64,000 nt of DNA from Heptranchias perlo (GCF_035084215.1 NC_090326.1:54002001-54066000); one strand, 5' to 3'; positions 13,760 to 27,746 are shown, numbered from the stretch's first letter. Made by a program: numbers and translations. Notes: generated from the sequence alone by a model not told the origin.

Positions 13760-14497
13760 GTGAATGCAGATGTAAAAGACCACTGTAGATGGAGACCAAA
13801 GTGTTTAGAGTCTCAGTCATATTATTTGTTACGAAGCTTATGTCCTTGGCCAAGGGAGGGTTTCACTACAAAGAGCCGCGGAGGTACCATGCTCTCCATG
13901 GGTGGTCGGCAGCTCCTTAGGAAATCATGCAGCACTACACAGCTGTGGGTTGCTTGACACACAAATGACTGCAAGAACTGCTGATTCTGAGCTACCAAAC
14001 TGCATTTGTAATGGCAGACCTATCAGACCACCCATGACTGGAATAAGTTTTGTGCAAAGCAGACAAATGCTGTCCAGCACCAGCACAAAGTTGTTCCCAG
14101 AATTCAATTGTGGAATGTAGAAAATAACCAAAAAAGGCCCAGAAGTTGACCAGCAGCCTAAGAGAACAAACCAGCAACTAACCTGTATGGAGGGAATGAG
14201 CTCTTTAAATCGCACTCCCACAGGGTCCTTGCTGATTGTTAGCGCCATGAGTTGCTGTGCAGGTTCATCACATGGCGAGTCAGGCGCTGGGGTGGACCAA
14301 TTTCACAGAAGGATCCTACAACAGCATTGGACTCTTATTTAAATATTATAATCAGCTTTCCGAATTGTTCCAGTGCATGCCCTGGACACCTAGGGAGCAT
14401 CCCAATCCAATATGGCAAGTGGCACATTTCCTGCCATATTGGAGTCTTAGACACCCGTTTTACGCATGAAAAACGGGCGCGCACAAATTTCTAGGCC
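13760..14497. mobile_element. Harbinger-derived non-autonomous element, right end
   Basis: Ends AAATTTCTAGGCC (TIR-like GGCCTAGAAATTT) preceded by the subterminal hairpin CCCGTTT...AAACGGG; left end undefined. Confidence 0.35.
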
Positions 14498-14929
14498 AAC
14501 ATATTCACTAAGACAGAAAGAAGCTGAAAATTAACTGTGATGTTATTGAATGTGAATCTAAACAAAAGAACAAAATGGATAGTCTCAGTAGATTTTTCTT
14601 GTTCCAGTCTTCTTATGTACTTATGCTGTTATGAGTTCATTACGAATTATTTTGAAGAGCTTAGGACAGAGTAAATATCTTTATCCAGTCATCAATCTCA
14701 AACGTCAATGGTGCCCTGAAAACAAATATTTGAAATTAATCTCTCGAAGGTTATTGTTTGCAGAAATGTCCTGTTAGTGAATAACAAATTTAGCAATATA
14801 TTTCTCGGTGTATTTGTGAACTTATTACAAAAAAATTCCTGTGATTGGCCGTTCTGGTTGAAGGTTACAATGCTTAAGTGATCATTAACCAAGAGAAATC
14901 ACAATTATGTTTCATCCTTTGGTTTCCTT

Positions 14930-15333
14930 TATAGAATCATAGAAGTTTACAACATGGAAACAGGCCCTTCGGCCCAACATGTCCATGTCGCCCAGTTTAT
15001 ACCACTACGCTAGTCTCAATTGCCTACACTTGGCCCATATTCCTCTATACCCATCTTATCCATGTAACTGTCCAAATGCTTTTTAAAAGACAAAATTGTA
15101 TCTGCCTCTACTACTGCCTCTGGCAGCTCGTTCCAGACACTCACCACCCTTTGAGTGAAAAAATTGCCCCTCTGGACCCTTTTGTTTCTCTCCCCTCTCA
15201 CCTTAAATCTATGCCCCCTCATTATAGACTCCCCTACCTTTGGGAAAAGATTTTGAATATCTACCTTATCTATGCCCCTCATTATTTTATAGACTTCTAT
15301 AAGATCACCCCTAAACCTCCTACTCTCCAGGGA
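14930..15333 (-). mobile_element. CR1 LINE 3' fragment, young subfamily
   Basis: ORF 15016-15282 is nearly identical to the C-terminus of the 47783-49922 copy; ATAGAATC tail. Confidence 0.95.
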
Positions 15334-15695
15334 AAATTTTTATATCAGAAGGGACTAGATATACTAATCTCTCTTGCTATTTCTGGTTACAATTCATTTC
15401 CACTACAGAGCACTTTGTCAGCTCCTCATGTTACAATGTTTTCAGCATCAATTCTGTCTATCAATTCTGACTCATGTAATAAGAGCTCTTAGTTTCCTAC
15501 TGCACTTCACATACCTGAGCAAACAGCCCCTTGTCAAAAACATTTTCGGCCAAGGAAAGATGCATCCATCTTTGGCATGTGAGATCCTCTCCAGATATAT
15601 GTGAATTTATTAGGGATCCTACTTTTTTTTGTTTCCCCACCTTCCACCGTTATTGCAAGATAATATTCCTCCTTTGATGACCATGCAGAAAGACT

Positions 15696-16520
15696 AGGGT
15701 CGATTTTCAATTGTCAGCTGCCCGTTTTTCATCTGCAAAATGGGCCAGCTGTTGAAAATCGGGGAAGTATTTCAGCTACCCAAGGCCCACCTGATGCAAT
15801 TTTCAATTGGGCCTGTAAATAGGTGAGCAGCAGGCCTGCCTGTTTCCAGCAGGGCCTCAGTTGAATGCTGCCAGTGAGCTGCAGATGCCAAGTGGGCTTC
15901 CACTGCAGCTAGCTAGTTACGTGAGGGCAGGAAAATGGCTATCTACCACGCTGAGCTAACCAGCCTAGGAGTGGGGGAACTGGTTCCAGAGGGGTCAAGC
16001 ACAGGCCGACAGTGGCCCACAGTATTTTGATAAAGCCGGTAGGAGCACTTTTTAAAGCAGCTTCCTGCCAAAATGTGTGGGGTCAGCAGCAGGGTACCTA
16101 ATTTAATGCCCCCTGTGCAAATATGTATTTTTCAAAGCTTCAGGGGCCGCTTGCCTGACCTGCACGCCCCTCGCCCAGTGAGGACCACTGCTGCCCATCT
16201 GGAGGCTGGTACCCCTCATCGCACAAAGTACCAGCCTCTAGTTGTGTGCCAGGTCGTGACTGAGTCAGGGAGGGAGGATCTCCCCACGTAGGGAGGCTTG
16301 CACCATTGATTTTGTATCCCCTGGATGACATTTGCCTTTTAATGGGGAGGCCAGAGGTTCTATCCCTTATTAGGCATGTTGAAAAATCTCGGAAATGGTG
16401 GATATCCAGCACAAATGGGTCTCCGCTGTTTCCCGGTGGGTTCTACTGGTCACTCCAGAGTTATGACAGGAGGCTGCTGGAATCCCCACGGATTTTCAGG
16501 GCTGGTGAGTTATTCTTAAT
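15696..16520. mobile_element. Harbinger-derived GC-rich non-autonomous sequence
   Basis: Starts AGGGTCGATTTTCAATTG, similar to the 6435 terminus, and shares the TGATGCAATTTTCAA motif; right end undefined. Confidence 0.35.
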
Positions 16521-16589
16521 TACGTATGTGCACGACCCTTAGAGGGGAAGCTCTTCCTGAAAATATGCTACATTGTTGAAATCATGGGG

Positions 16590-17470
16590 TGATAGCATTT
16601 TACAGCACAGGAGGCCATTAGATGCATTGAGCTGTGCCAGCTCTCTGAACGAGCTCCACCACTTAATGCCATTTCCTTGCTCTTTCCCAATATAATTTTT
16701 TTTTCCTTTTCAAATATTTATCCACTTCCCTTTTAAAAGCTATCATGGATTCTGCTTCCACTACTGTTCCCTTTATTCCAGATTCCAACAGACCTCTGCA
16801 TAAAAACAATTTTCCTATCTTCTTCCTCTGTTCTTCTGGTAATGAACTTAAATTTAGGTCCTCTGGTTACATAATTCTCAAATAACCATCATATTTTGAC
16901 CACCTCTAGCAGATCTCCTCTTAACCTTTCTGTTCCAATGATGAGATTCAGATGCTCTAGTCTCTCCTCATAGCTAAAGCTTCCCACCCATGACATCCTC
17001 TTAAAACGTCTCTTCTATACCCTTTCTATGACATTGACATACTTCCTAAATCCGGCAGCCCAAAACTGGACACAATTTGATGAATTTCCATGGTGGTTCT
17101 TCCGCTCATCCGTAGTAACTTCGGCAGAAGAGCAATGGAAACCCTGGAAAAGTAATGCAGGTTGTACCTTGAATATTGAGTTCAATTATGGGCCCCTGAG
17201 GCACAAGGGAAACATTCAAGCCCTAAAGGCAGTGCATAGAAAAGCCACTAGGCTGATCCCGAGCATCTGAAGACTGAATTATGATGAAAGACTGGAAAAA
17301 CTTGACCTTTTCACCCTTAAAAGGTTAGTAGGAAGGGACTTCAATGAGGCATATAAGAAAGTAAACATGTTAGAAAAAGTAAATCTGGATCATTACTTCA
17401 AGCTAAATCGTTGCATTTGGGCAAGGGACATAGATTCAAACTGGTGAAAAGAAAATTTTAGGAGGTCAGG
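16590..17470. mobile_element. Old CR1 fragments (- 16590-17075; + 17150-17470)
   Basis: Degenerate matches to the CR1 3' UTR and ORF2 C-terminus (AAACTGGACACAA; GGGACATAGATTCAAACTG). Confidence 0.6.
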
Positions 17471-17514
17471 AGGTTCTTCGTCATGAGTCATCACCACAGT
17501 TACGACAGACGAGT

Positions 17515-17900
17515 GAGAGAGCAACTGCGGAAATTCATCTCCTAAATTCTGGATGAGCTGAAATTTCCTAAAACTTAACATCAACAAAACTGAATCCATA
17601 TTGTTTGACTCCTGCTAACACCCAAGTGCCTCTGGCTCTGACTCCATTAACCTTCCTGGCTGTCCGCTCAGTGATGTGCAACCTTGAAGTTCTGTTTGTT
17701 TGTAAGCCAAGCTTTATAACTCACATCTGGTCTGTTGCCAAAGCTGCTTTTTCCCACTTCTGGAACATTGCCCATTTGTGTTCCACATTCACCTCCATCT
17801 CGCTACTGAAACTTTTATCCAGACATCATCATCTCAAGGATTGATTTTTCAAATGCTTTCTCTCTTAACCCTCCATTCTTCACAAGCTTCAACTAATTGA
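17515..17900 (+). mobile_element. Old L2 LINE RT-region fragment
   Basis: TGGATG...TTCCTAAAACTTAACATCAACAAAACTGAA encodes WM..FLKLN..KTE, typical of L2 ORF2. Confidence 0.6.
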
Positions 17901-18159
17901 GAACTGTTCTCCAGCCCTACATCCTAGCCTATACTTTCCATTCCCCTGACTCTGGATTACTGCTCTGTTGTCTCCACTCCTGTATCAGAGGCCAATCTTT
18001 CAACCATTATGTTCCAATCAAAACCTCTGTGCTTGCTATTTCTCTCTGCCTTCAAAAACCTCCCCAAATGTCTTTGTTCCCTCTTGCTGTCCACTTAACC
18101 CTCTTGTAAAACACTCTAATGCAAGCAGTGTAATATAAATGATTCCCAAGTTTTTCCTC

Positions 18160-19480
18160 CACCATTCTACCTGGAAATGTTGATTGCTCTCTGCGTGAAG
18201 AAGAACCCTTTGACACCAGGCCTTCTATTAGTTTGAACCTGTGTCCCCTTGTCCTACTCCAACAATTTAATTTAAACTAGTATTCAAAATTAACCTTTTC
18301 CACACCATTTATTATCTTACATACCTATATGAGATCACCTCTCAGACACCTCCTTTCTAGGCTGAAAAGCCCAAATCTCTCCTGTTTTTCCTCATAACTT
18401 AGACCTCTGTTACTAGGGATCACCCTCTTGGCTCTTCCCTGCATTGTCTCCAGTGCTTGAATGTCTCCCCTTGTTTCTCAGAGACTAAAACTGGACACAG
18501 TACTCAAGATATGGTCTGACTAGAGCACTACACAGTTTGATCACGACTTTGACTTGGATTCAACTTTTGCCATGTGATTCAATATTCTATTGGCTTTGTT
18601 GTTTGCTACTTTGCATTGGTTGGTCATGTTGAGCGTTGAATCTACTAAGACTCCTGAATCTCTTTCAACTGTATCCTTAACTATTTCAACATCATTTATG
18701 GAGTATGTATGTTTCCCATTTTTACATTATACAATACTTCATACTGGTTTGCATTAAATTTCATCTGCCATGTTCAGCCCACTCACATGTTTTGTTTAGC
18801 TCATTCTCCAGTTTCTGCTAATTTAACCAATTTCCATTGAGTTTCAGAATCCAATTAGAAACAGTAGCAGTCCCAACATTGATCCATGGGGCACCCTACA
18901 CAGTACTTCTTTCTCAGCTGATGTAACCCTCTGTAATCCTAAACAATCTTCTTGCAGTTTGTTTTAAGTTGTGTTTGCTGGAAAACTGCTGAAAAGAGTC
19001 AGCAAGAAACAAAATGGAAGTATGTCCATATATGGGTTAAATGGGCTACAATGTGACTGATTGGCTGAGGGTGGATCATGTCATGGTCCTGTGAATGCCG
19101 CATGGAGTGGGGGGTATATAAAGAACTTAAGGGTAATGGGCAGAACAGGAGTTAAGAACAAAGGGATAGATAGCTTCAAGATATGATTGTTTGTTCTCCA
19201 AAGGATTGGTTAATATTCATCTTTTGTATGCTTACTGTCTTGTTACTGAGTGTAACTAATTGTACATGATCATTAAAATTATTGATGCCACTGTATTGGT
19301 TATCTTCTTGAACTAATCTATATCTCTAAGGCAATAGTTGTTGGTTTCTACCTTTCAGCAAGTTTCTTATCCATGCCCAAGTTTTGTCCAAAGCGCTGAG
19401 CTTACTTAATAATGTTTCATGTGAAACTTTATCAAATTTGGAAGTCTTAGTATGCAACATTGTTAGGTTTATCACAGTTG
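18160..19480 (-). mobile_element. Old CR1 ORF2 fragment interrupted at 18932-19357
   Basis: Reverse strand gives RP.LEYCVQF and W.MKFN motifs and a GVP.GS.LG-like motif near 18890; CR1 sequence resumes after 19358. Confidence 0.75.
18932..19357 (+). mobile_element. Possible solo LTR
   Basis: TGTAA...TTTCA termini, GATTGG, TATATAAAG near 19115, ATTAAA near 19272; interrupts a CR1; no clear TSD. Confidence 0.4.
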
Positions 19481-19744
19481 CTCCTTTAAGCAACTACTAC
19501 CTGCCCAGCTGCATTCCTGAGTCATATTTGAAGCATTACAGACTGTATTTAGAAAGCATGCTCACCTTTGCAAATGTAAGTTGGCAGACCTTGCAATTTA
19601 TGGTGGGATCGGTGGCACAATCTCAAGGGAGGCAAATGACCCAATCCACCTCCGTTTTGGTGACACAACAGCACTGTCAGAATTTGGGGCCTAATTTACT
19701 ATCAAGGACCTGACAAAAGCATAAGGTACAAATCTCAATATGTT

Positions 19745-21687
19745 GTATGACAGATGTTGAGTTGATAATACAAGTGAGACACAGGCTGAATATAAAAAGT
19801 ACAGAGGAGAAGTGAAGAAGAAAATAAGAGGGGCAAAGAAAGAGTATGAGAATAGACTGGCAGCTAACATAAAAGGGAATCCAAAAGTCTTTTTTGGCCA
19901 TGCAAATAGCCATACAAAGAGGAGGGGTGGGGCCGATTAGGAACCAAAAAGATCTACGCGTGGATGCAGAGGGCATAGCTGAGGTACTAAATGAGTACTT
20001 TGCATCTGTCTTTACCAAGGAAGAAGATACTACTAAAGTCACAGTGGAAGGGTGGTAGTTGAGATAGTGGATGGGGTGAAAATTGATGGAGGTACTAGAA
20101 AGGCTGCTTATGCTTAAAGTAATTAAGTCACCTGGTCCAGATAGAATGCATCCTACGTTGCTGAGGGAAGTAAGGGTGGAAATTGCGGAGGTACTGGCCA
20201 TAATCTTCCAATCCTCCATAGATACGGGCGTGGTGCCAGAGGATTGGAAAATTGCAAATGTTGTACCCTTGTTCAAAACAGGCTATAAGGATAAACCCGG
20301 CAACTATAGGCCAGTTAGTTTAACCTCAGTAGTGGGGAAGCTTTCAGAAATGATAACCCAGGGCAAAATTAATAGTCACTTGGACAAGTGTGGATTAATA
20401 AAGGAAAGCCAACATGGATTTGTTAAAGGCAAATTATGTTTAACTAACTTGATTGAGTTTTTTGATGAGGTAAGAGAAAGGGTTGATGAGGGCAATGTGG
20501 TTGATGTTGTGTATATGGACTTTCAAAAGGCATTTGATAAAGTGCTACATAATAGGCTTGTCAGCAAAATTGAAGCCCATGGAATAAAAGGGATAGCGGC
20601 AGCATGGATACGAAATTAGCTAAGTGACAGAAAACAGAGTAGTGGTGAACGGTTGGTTTTCGGACTGGAGGAAGGTACACAGTGATGTTCCCCAGGGGTC
20701 AGTACTAGGTCCGCTGCTTTTTTGATATATATTAATGACTTGGACTTGGGTGTATAGGGCACAATTTCAAAATTTGCAGATGACACAAAACTTGGAAGTG
20801 TAGTGAACAGTGAGGAGGATAGTAAAAGACTTCAAGTGGACATAGACAGGCTGGTGGAATGGGCAGACACGTGGCCAATGAAATTTAATGCAGAGAAGTG
20901 CGAAGTGATACATTTCGGCAGGAAGAACGAGGAGAAGCAATATAAGCTAAATGGTACAATTCTAAAGTGGGTGCAGGAACAGGGACCTGGGGGTATATGT
21001 GCACAAATTTTTGAAGGTGTCAAGACAGGTTGAAAAAGCGGTTAAAAAAGCATACGGGATCCTGGACTTTATAAATAGAGGCACAGAGTATAAAAGCAAG
21101 GGAGTTATGTTGAACCTTTATAAAACACTGGTTTGGCCAAAACTGGAGTATTGTATCCAAATCTGGGCACTTCACTTTAGGAAAGATGTGAAGGCCTTAG
21201 AAAGGATGCAGAAAAGATTTACTAGAATGGTTTGAGGGATGAGGGACTTCAGTTATGTGGATAGATTGGAGAAGCTGGGGCTGTTCTCCTTGGAGCAGAG
21301 AAGGTTAAGAGGAGATTTGATAGAAGTGTTCAAAGTCATGACTGGTTTAGACAATGTAAATAAAGAAAAACTGTTCCCATTGGTGGAAGGGTCGAGAACC
21401 AGAGGACACAAATTTAAGGTGATTGGCAAAAGTACCAAAGGCAACGTGAGGAAAAACTTCTTTAAGCAGTGAGTAGTTATTATCTGGAATGCGCTGCCTG
21501 AAAGGGTGGTGGAAGCAGATTCAAACGTGGCTTTTATAAAGGAATTGGATAAATATTAGAAGGGAAAAAATTTGCAGGGCTACGGGGAAAGAGTGGGGGA
21601 ATGGGACTAACTGGATTGCTCTTACAAAGAGCTATCACAAGCTCGATGGGCCAAATGGCCTCCTTCTGTGCTGTGATTCTATGATTC
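19745..21687 (+). mobile_element. 5'-truncated CR1 LINE with disrupted RT ORF2
   Basis: ORF pieces 20083-20619, 20803-21033, 20999-21235, 21239-21472 with KSPGPD, NYRPVSLTS, DFQKAFD and FADD motifs; ATTCTATG tail. Confidence 0.95.
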
Positions 21688-22869
21688 AATGCTGAAATGA
21701 CAATTCCTCAGGAGATAAAAAAGCAGAAATCAGTTTTGTGATTCACGTAGCTCACTTAATTACTGCGGAAGCTTGCATAGATAATATCAAGTTTAATTCG
21801 CTTGAGCAGTTTTCAAAAATGTTATTTGACACAAATGCTGCCTCTTTGCCTATGGCTGCCATTACACCTCAAATTAAATGTTTTAACGTTTTGAGAGCAT
21901 AAGTGGAAGTGTTCACACTCTTAGAACATTAAATGATTTGTCACTAAGTTTATAAATTATCAGATCACTTATGTAACTCCTGAGATATTCTGCCAATTTT
22001 GTTGATGTGTAGTGGAAATGTCTTTGCATCTTTGCAAAGGTGGTAGTGTAACGACAGCCTTGTTTTTACACCAATTCTGCTTTTTTTAGATGTATCGCTT
22101 GTTGGCACTAAATTGCAATCATAATGCAACTTTGTGAAATTTAGTTGATAGTCTTAACGACAGCAATTCCTAAGAGATAATTAGTATGTGAGAATTCAAA
22201 CTGTTTGGCATGGTGTCGCCTTGTTACTGATGATTGTGTATTCCAGTGTTGTGCAGCTGTGAAAAGCCAAAGATCAAATCCAAATTTATTTTAAAAATCC
22301 AGAATTAAGTGTAGTGATGGAATCATATCAACACTGAACACATTTGTACCAGATTCCTCTCTCCACTATTTTAACTGAGGCGTAACCCTGTGGGTTACAG
22401 TTCAGATTTTTTGTTCCATTAAATGCTATTAACTCCAGGTTAGTAATAAGGAGTAATAAACATGTAAAACTAAACTATTATAGCATATACTTTAGAGGGT
22501 TATTATCATCAGTGGGAATTATTTCTTTTAGTTGTCATGTGTAGCAACATCATAACAAATGCAGGGAGAATTCCTCTGGTCAGTGTTTCCAGATAAAACA
22601 TTCTGAATGCATTTTTAATCTCACTAGGAGAATCTTCCCACACTATCACTATCTGTAACAAGTACAGTAACAATATCACTATCTGTAGCAGGAAGAGTAA
22701 ATCATTCAGCAATAAAGAGTTCCAAGACATCTTGGGGGGAATTTTATTCCCCAAGAATGGGTGGGTTGGGGACGGGCGGAAGAGTTCTTGTGTTCATATA
22801 TTTTCAGAACTTTGCAGGCTTTCAAGCGGACAAGATCGGGGTGGGGGGTGGGGGGTGGGGGGAGGGGCC

Positions 22870-24061
22870 ATGGCTAGGACATCGCAGGAGGAAGACAATG
22901 ACCATCCACGGCAGCAACGTTGTGCTGTGGTGGGATCAGGTGCACAAGAGAGAGATTCACAACACAGATCTGGAGAACAGCAGAGAGGGGAGCAGAGTGG
23001 AGCACAGTAGAGAGGAGAGCAACAGAGGGGCCAAGGTCATGGAAGGCACTACCCACGTGAAAGGGTCTACAGACAGAGGTCCAGCTTCCTTGACCTATCT
23101 GAAGAGCAGTGCTTCTGCAGGCTCAGATTGACCCGGCAGGTGGACGCAGACATCTGCAACCTCCTTCAAGAACAGTTCCTTCCTGCTGGACCTGGTGGCC
23201 ACGCATTGCCCATCACAGTAAAAGTTACCGCAGCCCTCAATTTCTTTGCCTCTGGCTGCTTCCAGTGCGCCACCAGAGACAGATCTCCAGGGTCTCTCTG
23301 TCAGCTGCACATAAATGTATAAGATGGGTTGTTTGCCATGGTGTCCACATGTGAACTTCCCCTGCGATGACAATAGTCAGAATGAGCGGGAGGTCGGTTT
23401 CACCTCTCTGGCTGGCTTCCCACAGGTACAAGGTGCCATCGATTACACTCACATGGTAATCTGAGAGCCATCACATGACCCAGGAGTTTTTACCAACTGC
23501 AAGGGATTTCACTCCATCAATGCAAGTGTGTGCAACCACAAGAAGAGGTGTGCTCCAGATTCCGTGGCAGCCTATATGAGGCTTTTATACTGTGGCAGTG
23601 CAATGTTCCAGATTTCTTCCTACCAGGAGACAGATTTAAGGGCTGGCTTATAGGAGACAAGGGATACCCCCCTTCAAATTTGGCTCATGACACCTGTAAG
23701 GAACCCCACCAATGAGGCACAACAGCGCTACAACCAGAGCCACATGACCACCAGATGTGTCATTGAGCAAACCATCGGCGTGTTGAAGATGTGCTTCAGG
23801 TGCCTAGACAGGTCTGGAGGCGCTCTTCAGTACTCGCCAGTGAGGGTGTCCAGAATCATCGTGGTGTGCTGCTTCCTGCACAACATTGCGCCACAGAGAG
23901 GATTAAAGGTGGAGGAGGACGAAGGCACTCGTCAATCATCTTCTGTTGACGAGAACATTGAAGAGGAGGAGGATGAGCAACATGAATATGGGGCATGCAT
24001 CGCCACTTACATTGCTGCCTGGGATGACTGGAATGCCCTCATATCTCAAAGGTTCACTTAG
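22870..24061 (+). pseudogene. Harbinger DDE transposase (HARBI1-like family), frameshifted
   Basis: ALNFFASG.FQ, GFPQVQGAIDYTH, WLIGDKGYP, YNQSHMTTRCVIEQTIGVLK..FRCLD and IIVVCCFLHN motifs spread over several frames. Confidence 0.9.
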
Positions 24062-24399
24062 TCAGAGTGGGAGAAAGAAACATTGAAATACTCCGACCAG
24101 CTCCCACCACCACCAACCACCACCCCCTCCCCTCCTTTGCACAAAACAGTCCTTCAACCAAGAATACACCCATTGCACATCCGCCCAATGGGTCCCACAA
24201 TCTATTGACATTCATCGTGAAGCAAATGAAAGGGCGAGTTGACACTCGGGCGCAATAATGGGCAAGACGTGGAAGTGGTACTAATCAATAAATTTTATGT
24301 GCTGCTATAAAAAAAGGAAAATTCACAACAAAGCTTTTTTCTTCAAATACCCATGTGCATACCCTTGGTGAATTACAACTACTTGAACTTACGCTTCCT

Positions 24400-25856
24400 A
24401 TCGCTTTTATGTAGTGCATCGCCTGTGGCTTCAGCAGAGGTAAGAGACAGGCTGCTCAGATCCCTGGCCTGACTGCTGAGATGCTTTTGGCCTACTGCCT
24501 CTGGGTTTTGCAGCCCGTGAGGGCCCCGCCAAATACTGCTCCACCTGCACCGGTGCAGGAGCAGACTCAGCTATTGGGAGAGGAGGCAGCATTGTGGGTA
24601 CTGGTTGAGGGGGGCAACGGGGGCGGCCACTCTCTCCATGACAGACATTCTCACAATTACCTATGACACCAGTCCACTACTGTTGGAGTTGGACTCCTCC
24701 ATCCTCTCTGCTATTGTGGTGAGTTTGCACGGCCCGTTTGCCAGTACCTCGCAAAGTTGCAGCTGCATCTCAATCATTCACATTTTCAACGATTGCCCCC
24801 GGGGTTCAGCATTTGTGTCCTGCTGAGCAGAGCTTGGAGAGGAGTGCGCCCTCTGACGCTAACTCTCCACAGCTGTCCCTGCCATTAGTGTCTGCTTGTG
24901 CTCACTTGTGAATTTTGAATCACCAAGTGAAAACTCAACTAACTGTGTGACGTGACCCACTGAACTGCTAGTATTTGTGCTGGTACATGGCTGTACGTCC
25001 TATGACGGTGCACCCTCAGAAGAAATGAGCTCCTCTGAGGAATCATTGTCATGCAAATCTGCAGAATCTTGTTTTACGCATGAAGACCCTTGAAGACAGA
25101 AGAAAGCGATATGAATTAGTCCTGGCAAAGTAACAATCGTGCCAGTCACCATATTCAGGCTTCCCATAGTTCAGTCATTGATGAAATATAGTCAGCATGT
25201 GTGTGAAAGATGTTTTAAATTCTGTCACCAGGCATCTATAAGTTTCCAATCTCTCCATCACCGATTGAGAGAGACGCAAATGTGCCACTTATCTCCGTCG
25301 TGTCCTCCTCTGCATCTGTGAGCTGCATTATTTGTGGCAGGCCACCTCCAGTCCTCTCCCTCTCCCTTGTGTTTTGCACTCTCTTCTTCTATAAGGGACG
25401 AAAGAACAGACCTGTGAGTGACTGAAGCTCATATTTACCCAATGGATGCAGTGCATTGGGTGAGGGTGATTATCAGACAGATGCATTACATTGCATAAGG
25501 ATTGGGGTGAGTGGCAGCAGTGGATGGATAAATGGAGAGATGAAGACGTGCATACAAAGTGAAGGATGGGTACTGGTGAAAGTTAAGTGGGTGTGAGGAA
25601 TGATGTGATGGGGTACACTTGGCAAGTCAGAGTGAGAGGGGGGATGTTGTACACCGCAGGATGTAGGTGAATCAACGACTCTACTCACTTTTACTGACCT
25701 GGTCACCTTCAGCCATACCTTCTTAGTAACAGAAGCAGGTTTCTTCCTCCCTTTGCTGAGGTAAATTATGTTCCTCCTGCTCCTCACTGCACCCATCAAT
25801 ATTCCAAGGAAAGCATTATTGAATCTGAGTGCTGGCCTTCCTCTTTGTGAATCCAT
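24400..25856 (-). pseudogene. Harbinger Myb/SANT-like gene, spliced, decayed
   Basis: Exon 1 MDSQRGRPALRFNNAFLGILMGAVRSRRNIIY...KKVW; exon 2 after acceptor CCCTTATAG near 25390 reads KKRVQNTRERERTGGGLP; later coiled-coil-like EMQLQLCEVLA...ERMEES. Confidence 0.7.
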
Positions 25857-27580
25857 GGTTAAATTCCTTCTGACTCCTCCAAATTACATTTTAGCATTGG
25901 CCTTTTAAATATTGGACTTCAGATCGCATCATGCAGGTGCACATTACGCCTGCTATGCAGCTTGGAGACGCTAAACCCAAAAGAAAAGGTTTGTTCATTC
26001 AATGAAGTTGAGATCACAGCACCTGACTCGCTAACGTCTGGGTTTCGCGTTCGAAAATTTGTTTTTTCCCCCTCTCCCCACCCCCCGCTTGCTGCCCGGC
26101 TCCGAGGAAAGATCGGGGCCCTTGTCCCTGAAACTGCACACCTATTCTGGTAGATTCCCATTGTAAGTTCAGTGGGATTTCACTGGGTATGGTCAAAAAC
26201 TCAGTAGGGACCTGCATATGCTGGGGCCCAGCCTTAAGTGCCAGTTTCCAGAATGTCTTTGTGGGGGCAGAGCCTACATTCATCCCTTCAAGGCCATTGA
26301 TGTAAGGGAGAGTGTGGAGATTCTCTAAGTTGGGATTCCTGCACCCTGGCCCTCAGCCGAGACGTTCGGTGCAGGTGTGCCTGGTCTCACCAATCCTACC
26401 TGCCCAATCCTGGTGGAAGTGGGTCCCACTTGAAGGATCCAGGCCAGGGTCGCCTGAAGATCAGGGGTCCAAAACGTTTGAGGGGGTGGGGGGGACTTGA
26501 AGTGACCCCCCCCTTTCTAAGCAGCTTGGACATCCAGATGTTCTTCCTGGGGGGGGGACGGGGGGGAGTGGAAAGAGACCCAGTACCACCTCCGGGCTGG
26601 CCAGCTGCCATTTGGGGTCTTTGGTGGAGAGGTACCATGAATGCGCACTCACACCAGGAACTTTAGCGGAGTTCTGTTCCCTATGGGTTTTTTACGTCAT
26701 TATGTTCATTTTGCAAAAATGAAAATAGCTGAATATCTTTCACATTGCTTTTTCAGTTTTGTCTGCACTGTAAAATACCAGAAATATTGTTCACAAGTTG
26801 CTCTTGTGGAATTCATCCTGCTTTAATCAACACCCGATGTTAAGCATTGAATTCCAACAGCTCAGTCCAACCATTCACGCTGCTACCATCAGTTCTGATA
26901 GTCTCATTCCACGACACAACTGAAGATCAATGCCATGGATTAGGTTCAGCAAAGGGGAAGCAATATTTAACAAGGACACATTAATAATATTATAGACATT
27001 TTAATAAAGGAATATTAACTGAAGAGCACAATATGTGAAAGAATTGATTTATTGTAAAATGCCATTGCATGTATTGTTACACACAATAAATGCCATTCAC
27101 ACAAGGGGGATAACAAATTCCCTGGAGCAGCCTGTAACTCCTCTGAAGAAGTGGTGAAGTGAATGCCTGCCTGCATGGGAACATAATTGCCATGCACCTC
27201 TTCACATTCATTTACTGCTGACTTAAAAAAAGCAATGCTATTCATTTGTCATGTGTGCCTAACCAGATTACCATTAGCATGTATCTGTGAATGTACCTCG
27301 TGTGTCTTCAGAGATCCTTCCCAACTGCAGATAGTGACTGTCTCAATAATGATGAGTACATCTCTAAGCAATCGAAGACTGCTGTAGGTGTTCTTTATTT
27401 AATAATTGTGGAGTCTAGCAGTGGAGTAAACAATAGATCTAGCAAGGATTCCTGATATGAAATAAATCCAGCCCAATGCCGAACAAGCATTCACCTGTGC
27501 AATATCTCAGTTTTAGATTATGTTTTTTTCAGTAAAATTCTAAATTAAAATGTTTTTAAAAAAGCAAAGCTGGGGGGGGG

Positions 27581-27746
27581 GGGGGTAATTTTAATCTAGC
27601 CCACCTGGCAGGAAACCGATGGAATTGGATTGGCCGCCTGTTTTACACCCTGCCCGATTTTATTTTCCATGAAGTCAATGAAAAATAGGCGGCCGATCCG
27701 GCCACATCAATTTTTTCGCCAGGTGGGTTAGGTTAAGCTGACCCCC
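27581..27746. mobile_element. Short hairpin-forming MITE
   Basis: Long imperfect TIRs GGGGGTAATTTTAATCTAGCCCACCTGGC / GCCAGGTGGGTTAGGTTAAGCTGACCCCC. Confidence 0.65.

Larger units (their letters stand above)
22734..26121. mobile_element. PIF/Harbinger DNA transposon, decayed two-gene copy
   Basis: Transposase on + and Myb/SANT gene on -, convergent; GGGGGGAATTTT and AAAGATCGGGGCCC termini resemble the MITE ends at 57697-58419. Confidence 0.85.

Noticed and set aside
22870-24061. Domesticated host gene HARBI1
   Set aside because: Multiple frameshifts and stops, with an adjacent convergent Myb ORF and TIR-like ends; it is a transposon copy.
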